In this document: positions 41,789 to 57,177 of the stretch, piece after piece
Position numbering within the stretch: the first letter of the stretch is position 1
Layout of the letters: each line of letters starts with the position of its first letter
Source: the human T2T-CHM13v2.0 reference genome, Homo sapiens
Strand: one strand, 5' to 3'
DNA length: 64,000 nucleotides
Assembly (NCBI RefSeq): GCF_009914755.1
Contig: NC_060932.1
Program-made: the position numbers and the translations under genes
Notes under the pieces: generated by a model
Told to the model about the DNA's origin: nothing
The model's database searches: none
What the model saw: only the letters and a program-made list of their open reading frames with translations

Positions 41789-41843
41789 CACACACACACA
41801 CAAACACACACACATGCACACACGCACACACGCACACACGCAC
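41789..41843. repeat. Degenerate (CA)n tract
   Basis: CA run with CG/AT interruptions. Confidence 0.9.
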
Positions 41844-42719
41844 ATAGCCCTGACCCCATATCTTCCCTCTGTATTTTCTATCAGCTTTCTGCAGCTGGTC
41901 AAACTCCTAGAAAGGGGTTAGCTTTCGTGTTGTGAAGAGTTTCCAAATATTTTAAGACATGACTCAAACACAGTGAAGTGAGTGAGTTTCTGAATGTGTG
42001 TATGTGCTCAATGGCAATGTCCACTGCATGGCGGACACTCGATACCCGCCTACTTCTTTTCTTTTTCATTTTCCCCTGTCTTCTCAGCTCTTTGCACAGA
42101 GCTTAACACATAGTAGGTGCTCCGTGAAAGTTTGAGCCAAAGATAAGGGAAAGAAGAAAAGAAGGGAGGGAAGGGGGTGGTATAAACATGTGTTCATGTT
42201 TTCCTTTCTTTCCAGGCACATTATTGCCAACAGACATGAATTGAAGGAGAGAGTGGAACAGGTTGGAGCTGTCAGAGAGGGCAGGCTCATTGTCTGGAGC
42301 TGCCTAGCACCTTTATGTATGATTAACGCCATGTGGAGCCCCCAGTGTGTCTTGAGTTTGCGGGCTCCATGTTGCCCACTTGTGCCTAATGTTCACCCTG
42401 CTGCTGTTGTTAAATCACCAGGAGATCCTGGCCACTTCCCTGCGACTTCCCTGACTCTGTTTCTGGATGCCTGGATTTGGTGATTCTCTAACAAGTGTAA
42501 GAAGAGTAGTAACAGCTCTTTACATTGTACAGCACTCTAGAGTTACAGATCTCCCTATAGACCACTCTCTCTCTTGAGCCGCCTTCTGGACATCTCAGCA
42601 GGTGTAACATGGGTCTCATGATCTTGCAGGCTTCTGCTTAGACCCTTCTCCTGCATCATTCAACTTGTCAACTGGTAGAGTGTGAGTCATCCTAGAAGCC
42701 CCAAATCAGTTGGTGTTGA

Positions 42720-42915
42720 ACCTACCAGCATTCAGATCCACCTCAACCCCTTATCAAATGTGTGACCTTGAGTAAATTACATAACTTCTCTTAGCCCCAA
42801 GTTTTCTCATCTGCAAAAATGGAAAAGAATGAACCTTATTAATAGTTGTTCACAGGGATGGTAAAAGGTCATGCTTGCAAAAATGTCAGCTTAGTGTAGA
42901 CAAGATAATTAATAC
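42720..42915 (+). mobile_element. MIR SINE
   Basis: tgtgtgaccttgagtaaattacataacttctct...gttttctcatctgcaaaaatgg. Confidence 0.7.
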
Positions 42916-43019
42916 ATGAGTCTTTTCATACCTTTGCTCATCCATGTCACTTCTCAGAAATTAATAAATCATCACAGAATGGCCACTTTTCCTTGCATTA
43001 TTTTAAGTCTTAAACCTCA

Positions 43020-43175
43020 GTCAGCATCTGCATCATGAGAGGCACAATTTAAAATGCAGGTTCTCAGCCCTGCTTTTTAGGATGCGACTGCCTTCATTCT
43101 GCAGGGCCCAGGAGTCTGCATTTATAAAGAGGGGCCTGTGATGTTGTAAAGGCTGCCCCTTGAAAAAAACCTTGT
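43020..43175. mobile_element. MER5A/B hAT-Charlie fragment
   Basis: tttaaaatgcaggttctcagccc; gggcccaggagtctgcattt. Confidence 0.6.
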
Positions 43176-43935
43176 TTTCAGTAAAGATCTGTGGTTTAAT
43201 TGGAGCTCACTCGTTCCCTAGCTGACTGGCTTGAGAGTTTGTGGAGTAGAGGAAAAAGAAAGAAGGGGGACTTAATAAAAGGTTGAAGAGATTAGAGAGG
43301 GAGGGTCCCTGCACGGTTGTCTCTCACTGGATGGGAAAGGTTGACAAAGCCTCTGTCTCTTGTTGCCCATAAAACCACTATTGTGCTTAAATTGGCAACA
43401 CTTAAGGAAAGAAGCACGCCGTTTTGGCTTCGCGTAGCTGTAATCATGGCTCTCCTAATTAAAGGCTGCTGGCGGAAGGCCGTCCTGGCATCTAAAAACT
43501 CCCTCTGGGGCAGCCACATTTCTAAATGCCAGTGGTTGGTTCCTGGAGCTCCGGGAAAGAGGAGCTCCCAGAGGGTTCCTGGGGAACTTTGTTCTGGAAG
43601 ATTATTTGTATCTCCTAATCAGCATCAGAGAGTTGTAGGGGAGGGGTTCTCAACATCCTTGCCCCCTTCTCATCAGCCAGAGGTCTTTAAAGACTTAAGG
43701 GGTGCTGAGAGGGTAAATTGCTACCTTTCGCTCATCCTCTCTCCTTGCCTCCTCTCTCCTGCTTGGAATCAAAGGACAGTTCCCGGGATGGGAATCAAGT
43801 GACCCAGTAAGTGAACAGGAAGAGAGGGTCTTCACACACAAATCCCAAAGTTCAGATTCAAGGTCTGGTTTTCCCCCTCCTTTTAGCTATTTTGTTGATT
43901 TTTGGACATTGAAAAAGTAACTGCGAAGTCACTTC

Positions 43936-44065
43936 TTAAAATCTGGTGTTGCTGTTTTCAAACTAGGAGATGTCTTGGCTCCATTTCAATAGCACATGGA
44001 AATCATACCTTGTAGAGCTTAGGGGGAATCAGAAACAAATCATGCAAGGTGGCTGGCGTAGCATG
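43936..44065. repeat. Copy A of a diverged ~130-bp direct repeat
   Basis: Manual alignment to 45728-45855 gives about 105 identities in 131 columns. Confidence 0.9.
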
Positions 44066-44469
44066 GTGGAATGATTTCATTTGCTGCCCATTTGAATGTT
44101 GTTTTACAACAGCTTCCAGAGAGAGACAGATAAGAGGAGAAGGTTTGGAAGTGAGAGAGCCGTGGGTTCAAATCCAATGCTCCATGTACCATAGTAAGGC
44201 AGCTGCCAGAAGGAGCCCACCCTCTCTGATTCTGACTCCCTGAGACTATGCACCAGTGCTGTAAACATCCAGCTCAGAGTTTTAGGTAGAAGTGAGTCAT
44301 TCCTTCTTCTTGTAGAGCAAAACATCTCAGTAGTCCCCTAAAATATAAAAGTAACACATGAAAATATGTTTGTGTAGTTCATGCTGCTTGGCCTTCAGTT
44401 GCTGTGTAAAGTGAGGTCTCAGGAACACAGCTCTTCTTCTATTGGCTTGATGGGTTGCTCCTATCATAA

Positions 44470-44796
<327 letters not shown>

Positions 44797-44901
44797 TAAC
44801 CTTCTCCTTGGATGTCTCACTAGTGGTAAGATACTCCAGGGCTATTTTACTTCATTTATTGTGTATTTGTATTCCAAGGCTCAAGGATTATAAGAGATAT
44901 A

Positions 44902-44905
<4 letters not shown>

Positions 44906-44941
<36 letters not shown>

Positions 44942-45165
44942 GCATATTTTATATACATATATTCATGTACATATATATGAACGCATAGAACACACAACAT
45001 ACATATAGATGCATGTGCATATATAGGTTTCTATGCATAAATATATATAGAACACATGTAAGCATGTACATATTGACATGCTTCATATATAAATGTGTGT
45101 ATACATATGTAGTTATAAACACCCATGGCTACATTATCTACATACATGTGCATGTACACACGTAT
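44906..45165. repeat. (AT)16 microsatellite plus AT/AC low-complexity tail
   Basis: Perfect AT run 44906-44938, then degenerate ATAT/ACAT. Confidence 0.92.
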
Positions 45166-45727
45166 GAACAATGTGTGCTTGGAAGTCCCAGATATATGTC
45201 AGAGGTCATACTCTCAGTGTTCAGCAAGGGCTCCCAGGCCTTCTCACTGTATCTAGGTCATCACCCGTGGAGCCTCTGAGGCCGATGCCCCTGTTAGAGG
45301 TCACCTGTGGCATCCTGGTCTCCTGGCCTCTGCCCAGCACCCTATCAGCCCACTACTTCGTCTGCTGCAGCCCACCTTGGGCCACGGTATTGGCGTGAGC
45401 AGTGCCCACTCGGTTGCTCCTGACTTTGGAGGAGGCCCAGCACAAAGCGGTTTGGGTGCTGAGCAATTAACAGGCAGGCTCTTCAGGTTCTTCAAGGACA
45501 TTTCCTCCCAAGCAGGGCAGGGGCAGGGTAAGGCTAGTCAGTATGCACTTTCCTGTTCCACCCTCAGGCCTGAGGTTGAGTCCCCTTGTAAGATGACCTC
45601 GCTCAGAGTCCTTCTGAAACCTCTCACTGCAGGGTGCCCTTAATTGTGCTGCATCTGCCCCAATTCCCTCCATACCCACACCAAGCCACAGGCCTCCACA
45701 TAGGCCCTCAGGTGTCTGAACCCTAAA

Positions 45728-45855
45728 TTAAAATCTGGTGTTGCCCTTTTCCTAAAAGATACCTTAGCTCCACTTCAATAGCAAATGGAAGTCATATCTT
45801 GCAGAGATAAGGGGGAGAATAGAAACAAAGAACGCAAGGTGGCTAGCATAGCGTG
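45728..45855. repeat. Copy B of a diverged ~130-bp direct repeat
   Basis: Shares ttaaaatctggtgttgc, ttcaatagca, agaaacaaa and gcaaggtggct with 43936-44065. Confidence 0.9.
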
Positions 45856-46377
45856 TGGCGTGATGAATGAAGGGTGGCATTGCTGTCCTTGTGTCACAGC
45901 TGAAGAAACGGAGAGGTGAGTGAACTTGCCCGATGTCACCCAGCTGAGAACTGGGATACTGGAGTCAACCTCAAGTTTGCCCCTCTGACTTGGAAGCCCG
46001 TGGTCTTTCTTCTGCAGGGCCTCTTGGGGCAGCAGCAGAGCTGGGAGAGGCACTTGCTCTTTAGGCTCTGGGCCCAGTGTTCTTTGTACAGTACCAGGGC
46101 CTCTCTGAGTGAAAATCTGAAGACACAAGCTCAAAGCCTGCAGGGCCCAGGGAGCTGCCGTTGTTGGTGAACTGGCACTGGGGCCAGCTCCAGGAGGTGC
46201 GGGAGCCTGGCCAGCTGGAGGAGAACACCCCCCACCTAAAGGGGCATCTGCTCCTCTGCCCAGCCTGTGGTTCCCCTGGGAGTGAAGGCCCAGCGTTGCA
46301 AGATCTTAATGGAAGTCACACGTTGGAGATTTTAGGTAAAATTAGCCAAGGGCTAATTCCCAGCAGCTAATTCAAAT

Positions 46378-46398
46378 TGTGTGTGTGTGTGTGTGTGT
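46378..46398. repeat. (GT)10 microsatellite
   Basis: Perfect run. Confidence 0.9.
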
Positions 46399-46868
46399 AT
46401 TCCTATTATACTAGCTAAAGAAAACACATATGTTAGTAGGATCTTGTTGGCAAGCTGCCAGTTTGCCTCCTCTGCTATAAACTGTTCTACAGTTTAAGGG
46501 AGGTATTTTGGTTAATTTTTGTTTGTTTGTTTTGCAGATGAATCTGACAAACCTACCTCAGTTACCCCAGAACTCCTATGACCGGCTGTAAGCTCTGGTC
46601 AGGGAAACAGAGGCAAAAGCAGCCTGAGAATTACTGAGGAAGACTGGACGGAAACCAGGGTCAGGTGGGGCTCATGGCTTTTTGAACCCCTGAGTCTCCA
46701 GCTCACCTGTAGAGTGAGCTCTTTGTTTGAGCAAGACGCAAGCTTTGTATCCTCATCCATAGCCCAGGAAAGCACCAACTTATAAGGTCAAAGAGAAGGC
46801 TGCAGGTTTGTGTCTGGAAAGAACCTAAGGGTAGTTCCTGGGACAAATCAGACTCTAAATGGCAGCTG

Positions 46869-47045
46869 TAGGCCTGGCTGCTTGATTTATGTGTCCCAGC
46901 ACAAGAAAGAAATGTGAGGTTGCTTGTTCAAAACTTGTTAAGAATTTCAGTACAGTGACAGAAAAGTATTAAATGGAGTCAGGAGCCCTTCTAAACACAG
47001 GCCCTGTGTGACTCTATAGCTTATATGCCCACAAAGCCAGCCCTG
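46869..47045 (-). mobile_element. MER45A hAT-Tip100 DNA transposon
   Basis: cttgttcaaaacttgttaagaatttca; gcccttct...ggccctgtgtgac...aagccagccctg matches the MER45A reverse complement. Confidence 0.85.
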
Positions 47046-47059
47046 GGTGGCCATCATTA

Positions 47060-47320
47060 TTAGCTAGCAGAGACAATATTTGTTGAGCAACTACTGTGTG
47101 CTGGGCACCATGCTAAGTGCTTGCCATGGTTTTATGTAATCCTTGCTATAGGCTTAAGCATGGATATAGCTATTATTCTCACTTAACAGGTAAGGAGAAT
47201 GAGGCACAGAAAGGTTGAGTCATTTGTTCAAGATCACACAGCTGGCGAGTGGCAGAGTTGGATTTGACCCAGGCAGTCTCGCCCATAAACCCATGTTAGT
47301 AACCACTGGGCTATATTATA
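47060..47320 (-). mobile_element. MIR SINE, near full length
   Basis: atttgttgagcaactactgtgtgctgggcacc...gaggcacagaaaggttgagtcatttgttcaagatcacacagct...ggatttgacccaggcagtct. Confidence 0.85.
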
Positions 47321-47914
47321 CCGTTCTTATGATTGTCATTATCATTATCATCATCATTGTCTTCTTCTGAACTTAAACAGGGAGCTTGGTCTGACTAGGA
47401 TGGAGCACCCAGAGACTCCCTGAGCCAGGCCCAGAGATCAGGCCCAGGAATCTTATTCCCAAAGCCAGGGAGGCTAGGTACAGGAGGCAGGACGCAGTCC
47501 TCCCTGGAGATGCTGCCTGTGAGGTGCTTACATTAGGAGGTCGGCACCCAAAAAAGCAAGGAGAAGAGAGTTTAAATGAGGACACTCTTGCTATTCATTA
47601 AACCAAGGAGAGGCCTCTGCAGGACTGAAAGCACACGGCTTTATTCTTTATTCTCTGTTCCAAAGTCTGGATCAGAGCTAATCAACCGCAAAGCGATTAC
47701 TCACATTACACAGCTTCAGGCTGACTCAGCACCTTCAGAACCCAGGTTGGATAACAGATCCTCTCTTCCCACTGTCCTGTAGAGATTCCAGGCAGCGGGG
47801 GCCACCCCATTTGATATGAGACTGCAGCAAATTCTCCTGAGATCAGACAGGTGCCTGACCCTGACTAGGGAGTATTTTTCCTCTGTGTTTTCTCTTTTTG
47901 GCACGGAGAAGTAA

Positions 47915-48289
<375 letters not shown>

Positions 48290-48799
48290 TGAAAGCGGGA
48301 GGATAATGTATCAGCAATATTTTTGAAAATGTTGAAAAGAAAAAATGTACCCCAATTTCAATGATTCTCAGAGCAATAATTTAATTTCTTACCTATGAAA
48401 TAGGAATTATGGTAATGATGATGATGATGATCGTAACAGCTAACTTATATTGAGCCCTCACAATGTCCCAGGCACTTTGCTAAATGCTTGACTCAAATTA
48501 TCTGACACACGCATTCCTAGTTGACATAGGTGTGATCCTGCTGTCCAAAACACTTACAATCTTTTTTCAAGATGCACTAAATTATAGCTCAGGCAATTTA
48601 CATGCAATTAATTTCCTTAATGGAATGTTTATGGTTAGATAATAGAACCATGGTATAGATGAGTGGCAATTCATTGAGCTCCTCTGCTCGAGTTGGATCT
48701 TGCCTGTTCTAAGAGGGGTGTGGTGGGGGATGTGGAAAGGAAGGTGAAGGGGAAGCAGGGCTGGGAAGCTGACCGCTGCCAGTGACCCCCCCTTGTTTC

Positions 48800-49240
48800 C
48801 CTCTGTATCTCCCTCACTAAGCTTGCTCCCTCACTAAGCTCCAAACACAGTACTCCTTTTGTCTTTCTTTGTTCCTTAAATTCTCTGTGCTCTATCCCTC
48901 TCCAGGGCCTTTGCAAGTGCTGTTCAACCCCTTTCTCTTCTGTGTGCCTGGGTAGCATCCACACATCCTTCCGGCCTGCAGCTTGGTGTCATGTTCTTGG
49001 GAAGCCCTCTCAGACCCTGGGTCCTGGTTGTGCTGTGCAGCCTTCTTCCTATCGCTTGCCAAAGCTGCACTTGAACATTCGTTTCGGATCTTATTTGTTA
49101 GTGCCTCCCATGCATTAGACTCTTCACACCACAAGGACAGAGAGCATGCCTATCTTATTCCTATTTATTATCATTGCATCCCTACCACCTAACACATAGT
49201 ATGGATTCAATAAGTGCTTGTTGAAGGAGTGAATAAGTAG
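48800..49240 (+). mobile_element. L2 3' region
   Basis: ccagggcctttgcaagtgctgttc; gggaagccctctcagacc; cctaacacatagtatggattcaataagtgcttgttgaa. Confidence 0.75.
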
Positions 49241-49576
49241 AAAGATGTGTTCAGGTAGCACATATGCAACAGCTCTGTGAATGTGGGTGATGAATTCATG
49301 CTGAGCTGGACCCTAGTCCATACCTGGGGAAAGGGGATAGGGTGTCACGGCCTCAGCCAGGGGTCAGATAGGCACACTGGATACTTTGTAGGTTGATGGC
49401 AGCATCATCGAGTCTGATCTTCCAGGGTGTGGGGCTGGCCTTTATGTGGACTGGATTTGAAGCTGGAATAAAGAGGAACTGAGAGAGCCAGGCAGGTGCG
49501 AGGCAAATGCCCCTTCACTGGCCCAGAATTTTCTCCCCTGCCCGAAGCAGAAACACTGGGCCCTCAAGATCTAGAC

Positions 49577-50271
<695 letters not shown>

Positions 50272-51275
50272 TTAGAAGATGCTTTTTTAGGTCAGCCAGG
50301 TCCAGGTCCTCAGGTGCCATTTCCTCCTTGTGAGATCTAGGGGGTGTCATTTGATCTCTTGGGGCCTGGGCATTTAGGGGTTGGGTTAGATAAGTTCCAA
50401 GCTGAGGCTTTCTGTTAATGGTTGGGTGACGCTGATGTCTGGAGACTCCTGCTGGGGTCTCTCCACTCCATACTGGGGTTTCTTCTGGGGAGGTTCTGCA
50501 TGGATTTGAGAAAAACTCTGGACATCAGAGCGAGACCACCATGTAGGAAGCCACCAGTGGATAGCGAGGCAGATTCCAGATTCCTGAGCTGTGGGTGCCA
50601 CTGGGGGTCTTGTTCATTGAAAGAACCTCCAATTCACACTTGGAATTGGACCTGAGCCACGCATTCATTCATTTTCCTTCCAGAAAACTGTGCAAGATTA
50701 CGGGAATCCATCCTTATCTTCAAACACTCTGCTGTTGTGAAATAAGGACTTGATTTCCATCAAGAAGGAAGAGGTGAGGCTTGAGTGGGGCAAGGGACGT
50801 GGGACATGTTACCACAAGTAATGTGTGGGCAAAGATCACAGCTCACAGCTGATTTGTAAAACAAAAAGCCTGGCCAACCTGCTTTTTGTCTTATTACCTT
50901 ATTCTTTGTAAATGACCCAAGTATATACCCAACCCGGAAACCGGGGCTTACTCAGGCCTTCCATCCTTTCTCCCACACACACCATTAATCCTGTCGATCT
51001 GTGCGTTTTTCCCAGGACCACTTGCGAGTGTGTGACCTTTCTTGGACTCCAACCCACACTTCCTTCACCCAGCACTTTACCTTCCCGCACCTGGACCAAA
51101 TTTGACCTAAAATCATTGATCATCGTCCTGCCTTTAGACACTTTCTAATTTTCAGGTCATGATACATGTTGTTGTTGTGTGTTTGTTTTGTTTTATTTTC
51201 CAGAAAGGAAAATCTGATTGTATCAGTTACCTGGCAGAAATTATTTAATGGCCTGGGATAATGAAAAGTTCTGGA

Positions 51276-51943
<668 letters not shown>

Positions 51944-52249
51944 TAATTATTCTTCATCATTGCAAAACACATTTGTGAGGTTTATAGGAACCTTGTAGAA
52001 ACTCGAATCTCCCACCATGCAAGTTTCATTCCACGCACTCTGATCTTAGCTGCACCTTCAGCAATTTGTCATTCCTAGCTGCACTTTTTTGTCTTCCCAC
52101 CTTCCATTTCCATTTCATCTGCCTGATGTGTATTTCATCTTCCCCTCTTTCCTACTGCCTGAACATCTACTCAACCTTGAAGATCCAGGTCAACAAGATA
52201 CTGTCATCTCCCTCATCATTGGCCTCTTACTGATAGCATTAAAGGACTA

Positions 52250-54120
52250 TTTGTTTAATTTTAATACTAATACGAGATCAGCAAAAAAAGCCCCGGATAT
52301 TTATAAGGGGTATACCAGATATATGTCAGATAAAGAGAACCTCAGTAAAATGAACACCACTCATTCTACGCAAAAGATAACCAACATCTTTGCAGTTGTG
52401 TGTATGTCTGTTCCCAAACTTCTTCCCTTCCTTCCTCCTTCAGATTTGACTCCTACCATGAATTTCGTACTTGTCCATCAATTTGTTTTCTTCTGTTTTA
52501 TCATGCCAATTTGTCTCCCTGCGCAGCAGATCACGTAGTTGAACATGCTTTTGAATTTTACATAAATGGAATCATACTGCATCTTCTCTGTGACTTGCTT
52601 TCTCCCCGCTAAAATTAGGTGTGTGAAATCCATCCACTCTTTTGCATGTTATTGCAATTCATTCGTTTCACTGGTATATACTGTTTAATTGGATAAATAT
52701 AATACATTTTAAAAACCTATTCCTGTTGGTGATGGGAATTTTAATGGTTTCCAGCTTTTGCTATAAAAAACTGTGCTGACGTAACCTGGCTGTCTCTGTG
52801 CAGGTTTCCTGGAGCAAACCCAAGATTCTCCAGGTATATAGACAGAAGTGGAAATGTTGTCGCAGACTTACGCATCTCCTTAACTACATCTGATGATGCC
52901 AAATTGCTGTCTACTGTGACTTTATCAAATTACACTCTCACCTGGCATTGGTTAAGAGGAGTGATTGTTCCATTTCCTTGCATCATTGATTATCAGACTT
53001 TAATTTTTGCTTACTTGGTGGATGTGAAATGATATCTCATTGTGGCTTTATTTCACATTTCCAAATGACTAGAGAGGTTGAGTTCCTTATTGCATGTTGA
53101 TTGTTGATTCATATTTTCTTTTTTTATTGAGTAAAATCTGTCTTGCTCATTTTTTCTACTGAATTTTTGTTTTGTTCTTATTGATTTGCAGTTCGTTATA
53201 TATTCTGAAAAGTACTTATTAATTTATATATTGCAAATGTTTTTCTCTAGCTTTGACTTACCTTAACACTCTCTATAGTTTCCTTTGATGAGTCAAAACT
53301 TTTAAGTTTAATGTAGATGATATTGTCTATTTCTTTCTCTTTCTTTATTTTAGAGATAGGATCTTGCTCTGTCGCCCAGGCTGGAGTACAGTGGTACAAT
53401 CATAGCTCTCTGAAGCCTTGACCTCCTGTGCTCAAGTGATCTTCCTACTCCAGCCTGCTGAGTAGCTGGGACTACAGGTACGTGCCACCACACCTGGCCA
53501 ATTTTTTTTAACTTCTTGTAAATACAGGGTCTAGCTATGTTGCCCAAGCTGGTTTCAAACTCCTGGACTCAAGTGATCCTCCTGCCTTGACCTCCCAAAG
53601 TGCTGGAATTAAACGAGTGAGACACTGCGCCTGGACATTTTTCTCTATTGTTTATGCTTTTTGTATCTTGTTTAATAAATCCTTTCCCAGCTTGAGGCCA
53701 TAAAGGCCTCTTCTCTGACATCTTTTAAAATTTTAATAGTTTTACCTTCATGACATTCAAGTCTACTGAAGTTGATTCTTACTTACAATGTAACAAAGGT
53801 GTCCCAGGCAAAATATGTTCCCCTGTGGACGACAGTGATCCCAGAATCACTCATTGCACATCTGACATCTTCCCCCAGATCTGCTGCAGGGCTTTCATCG
53901 ATTGAGGTTCTGTCCCTGGGCTTTCTATTCAGTTCTAGTGTCTATTCCTGGGTCCTCACCACACTGTCTTCATTCCTAGAGCTTACTAATGTGTCTCAAT
54001 ATTAGTCAAGGCAACTTACCTCAGCAGTTCTTCCTCTGAAATGCCTTGACTGTCTCTATTTCTTTACTTTTTCATTTACATTTTATTATAAGCTTATCAG
54101 ATTTCATTAAAAAGTCATGA
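52250..54120 (-). mobile_element. L1ME-type ancient LINE-1 3' region
   Basis: ttttacataaatggaatcatactg; gtttccagcttttgcta; gtgaaatgatatctcattgtggc; attgcaaatgtttttctc. Confidence 0.8.
53331..53636 (-). mobile_element. AluJ (Jo/Jr-like) inside L1ME
   Basis: aatcatagctctctgaagccttgacctcctgtgctcaagtgatc. Confidence 0.93.
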
Positions 54121-54390
54121 TTTGAATTATATGATTCTTAATCATGGCTGTCATAGTGTTTTATATGATGCACATAAATCTGTGCACACTTATTTGTACC
54201 CAGGATTCATATCTTATCCTTAAAGCTTTTCATAGCACCTGATACATAGTAAGCTCCTTAAATGAATGGATGAATGATCAAAGTTCTCTATTCAGCTGTG
54301 GTTCTGTCTTATACAAAACCCCAAATGTATAGTGTAATTAAATTATTCACCTTTCAAGAGGATCTATCACTCCACGAAAGAGCAGGGAAA

Positions 54391-54682
54391 GGCCGGGCGT
54401 GGTGGCTCATGCCAGTAATCCCAGCACTTTGGGAGGCTGAGGCAGGTGGATCATAAGGTCAGGAGTTCGACACTAGCCTGGTCAACATGGCAAAACCCCG
54501 TCTCTACCAAAAATACAAAAATTAGCCAGGCATGGTGTCGGGCACCTGTAATCCCAGCTACTCGGAAGCCTGAGGGAGGAGAATGGCTTGAACCCAGGAG
54601 GCGGAGTTGCAGTGAGCAGAGATCATGCCATTGCACTCCACCCTGGGTGACAAAAGCAAGACTCAGTCTAAAAAAAAAAAAA
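54391..54682 (+). mobile_element. AluSg-like
   Basis: ggatcataaggtcaggagttcgac; full dimer with A tail. Confidence 0.95.
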
Positions 54683-54917
54683 GGCGGGGGGAGGGCAGAA
54701 GAGTACCTGCCATTATCTGATCAGCTACCACATGCCAGGAATGTTGCTAGGGCCATGCTTCCTGACCTTTGAAGCTGTAGTCTTGAAGCCTGGTTTCAAA
54801 TCCAGGCTCTGAAGTTCCCTGAACGTCTGACAATAGGTGGACACTTGATCTTGGGGAGGGGCGAAGTTGTCACTGAAATGCAGAATGGAAATAACCAGAC
54901 TTGTCTTCCATGAGGCT

Positions 54918-55515
<598 letters not shown>

Positions 55516-55629
55516 TAGGAGCTGTCTTTTGCTAGTAATAGAAATCCAACAACCTTGGTTAATACAAGCAGATGCTCTTGGGATGGGAAAGCCCTCACAA
55601 CTAGTAACGTGTCCTGGGAATCCTAGATC

Positions 55630-56000
55630 ACTCATTTGTTCACTTGAGAAGCATTCGCTGAGCACCTACTGTGTGCTGGGCTTTATAGTAGAAGTGGATG
55701 CACAGCAATTAAACAACAAAACTCCTCCCTCAGGGAGCTGGTCCAGTGGTAGGAGACAGACACTAAACAAATCAAGAGCTATGGAGAAAAATAAGGTTGC
55801 CTAATAAGCGGGGTGGTGACTGTGGGAGTGGGAGTAGTGATGGGAATATTGTATGTGAACTGGACAGGAAAGGCCTCTTTGACCAGATGACACTTGAACA
55901 GTGGGAACTGACATAAGTAAGGGAGTGAGCCCCAGGCTGTCTGGGGAAATCCTTCCAAGCAGGAGAAACTCTAAGTATAAAGTCCCTGAGACTGGAGGTC
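55630..56000 (-). mobile_element. L2 3' region
   Basis: gcattcgctgagcacctactgtgtgctggg; ccctcagggagctggtccagtggtaggagacag; ggaaaggcctcttt...tgacacttgaacag. Confidence 0.75.
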
Positions 56001-56324
56001 ACCACGGGGTGGCAGGTGACCTGAGGTGGGTTGGGTGGGGCTTGCAAGTCTGGTGGTTGAATCCTCTGAACAAGGGTGTCCAGGGGCACGGCCCATGATT
56101 TTCTAGTCTGCAAGTGTGAGGATGAGTGAAAAGAATGTTAGATGAAGCAGGACTCAAAAGGAACCCCTCTTGCACAAAATGCCTCCCTTTCAATAAAAAT
56201 TTATTCAGCCAGTTGGAAAGGGCTTCCTCCAGAGTCTATTTCCATAGACTTAGTGAGTGACTAAGTCTGTGATTTAAGTCATAGATTTAGTGAGTGACTG
56301 ATTCATATCACAGCTCTGTGAGGT

Positions 56325-57177
56325 GACCTGTGAAGTCAGCTTCCCCAGGAAACAGTCTCTAAGGTGGAACTTACTATGTGGGGCATTTATTAAGGGGTGT
56401 CATTGGGACCAACATCTGTGGATGGAAGGAGAAGCGAGCAGGATTGGGCAGAAGGGGAAGTCAAGCTGTGATGATGTCCCTAAAAAAGTCTCAGGTGACA
56501 GCCTGGGAAGCTCTGGAGCTGGAGTAGCCCTGCAGAGTTGTTTGGAGTGAAAGGGTGGGGACTGAGCCTTTCTGTGTCTCAGCATGGATGAGTCCTTACT
56601 TCCAGGCTTTCCTTGGAAGGAGGCATGACCTTGGGTGAGGTGGCTTTCGTCAGCTAAGGCAACCCTTGTAGGAACTGACACTGAGGGCTGTTCATCAGCA
56701 GTGGGAGTATAAGGCTGATATTGTTTAAGTCTGTGTCCCCGCTCAAATCTCGTGTTCAATTGTAATCCCCAGTATTGGAGGTGGGCCCTGGTGGGAGGTG
56801 ATTGGATCGTGGGGCAAGTTCCTCATGAATGGCTTAGCACCATCTCCTTGAGGCTGTCATCCCCAAAGTGAGTGAATTCTCATGAGATCGGATTGTTTGA
56901 AAGTGTGTGGCATCCCCCACCCCTTGCTCCTGCTCTGGCCATGTGACGTGTGTGCTCCTCTGTGGCCTTCTGCCATGATTGCAAGTTTCCTGAGGCCTCC
57001 CGCAGAAGTTGAGCAGATGCTAGCATCACACTTCCTGTACAGCCTGTGGAAGCATGAGCCAATCAAACTTATTTTCTTTAAAGATTACCTAGTCCCAGGT
57101 ATTTCTTTATAGTAATGTGAGAATGGACTAAGGTCATGAGTTCTGGAAAAGATCTGGACTGTATTTCAGTCGGCCAA
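56325..57177 (-). mobile_element. LTR33-like ERVL LTR split by MSTA
   Basis: ttccccaggaaacagtctct...gcaggattgggcagaagggga...gctctggagctgg...catgaccttgggtgaggtggct; resumes after 57130. Confidence 0.7.
56716..57130 (+). mobile_element. MSTA/MSTB solo LTR
   Basis: tgatattgttt...caaatctcgtgttcaattgtaatccccag...ctcatgaatggcttagcaccatc...cttcctgtacagcctg. Confidence 0.92.

Noticed and set aside
43317-43802. 161-aa ORF in unique sequence
   Set aside because: Non-ATG start, no recognisable domain or splice framework; length within chance range
43936-44065. H/ACA snoRNA call for the twin module (ATAGCA fits an H box)
   Set aside because: No ACA box at the expected 3' position in both copies and a weak first hairpin; kept only as a generic structure hint
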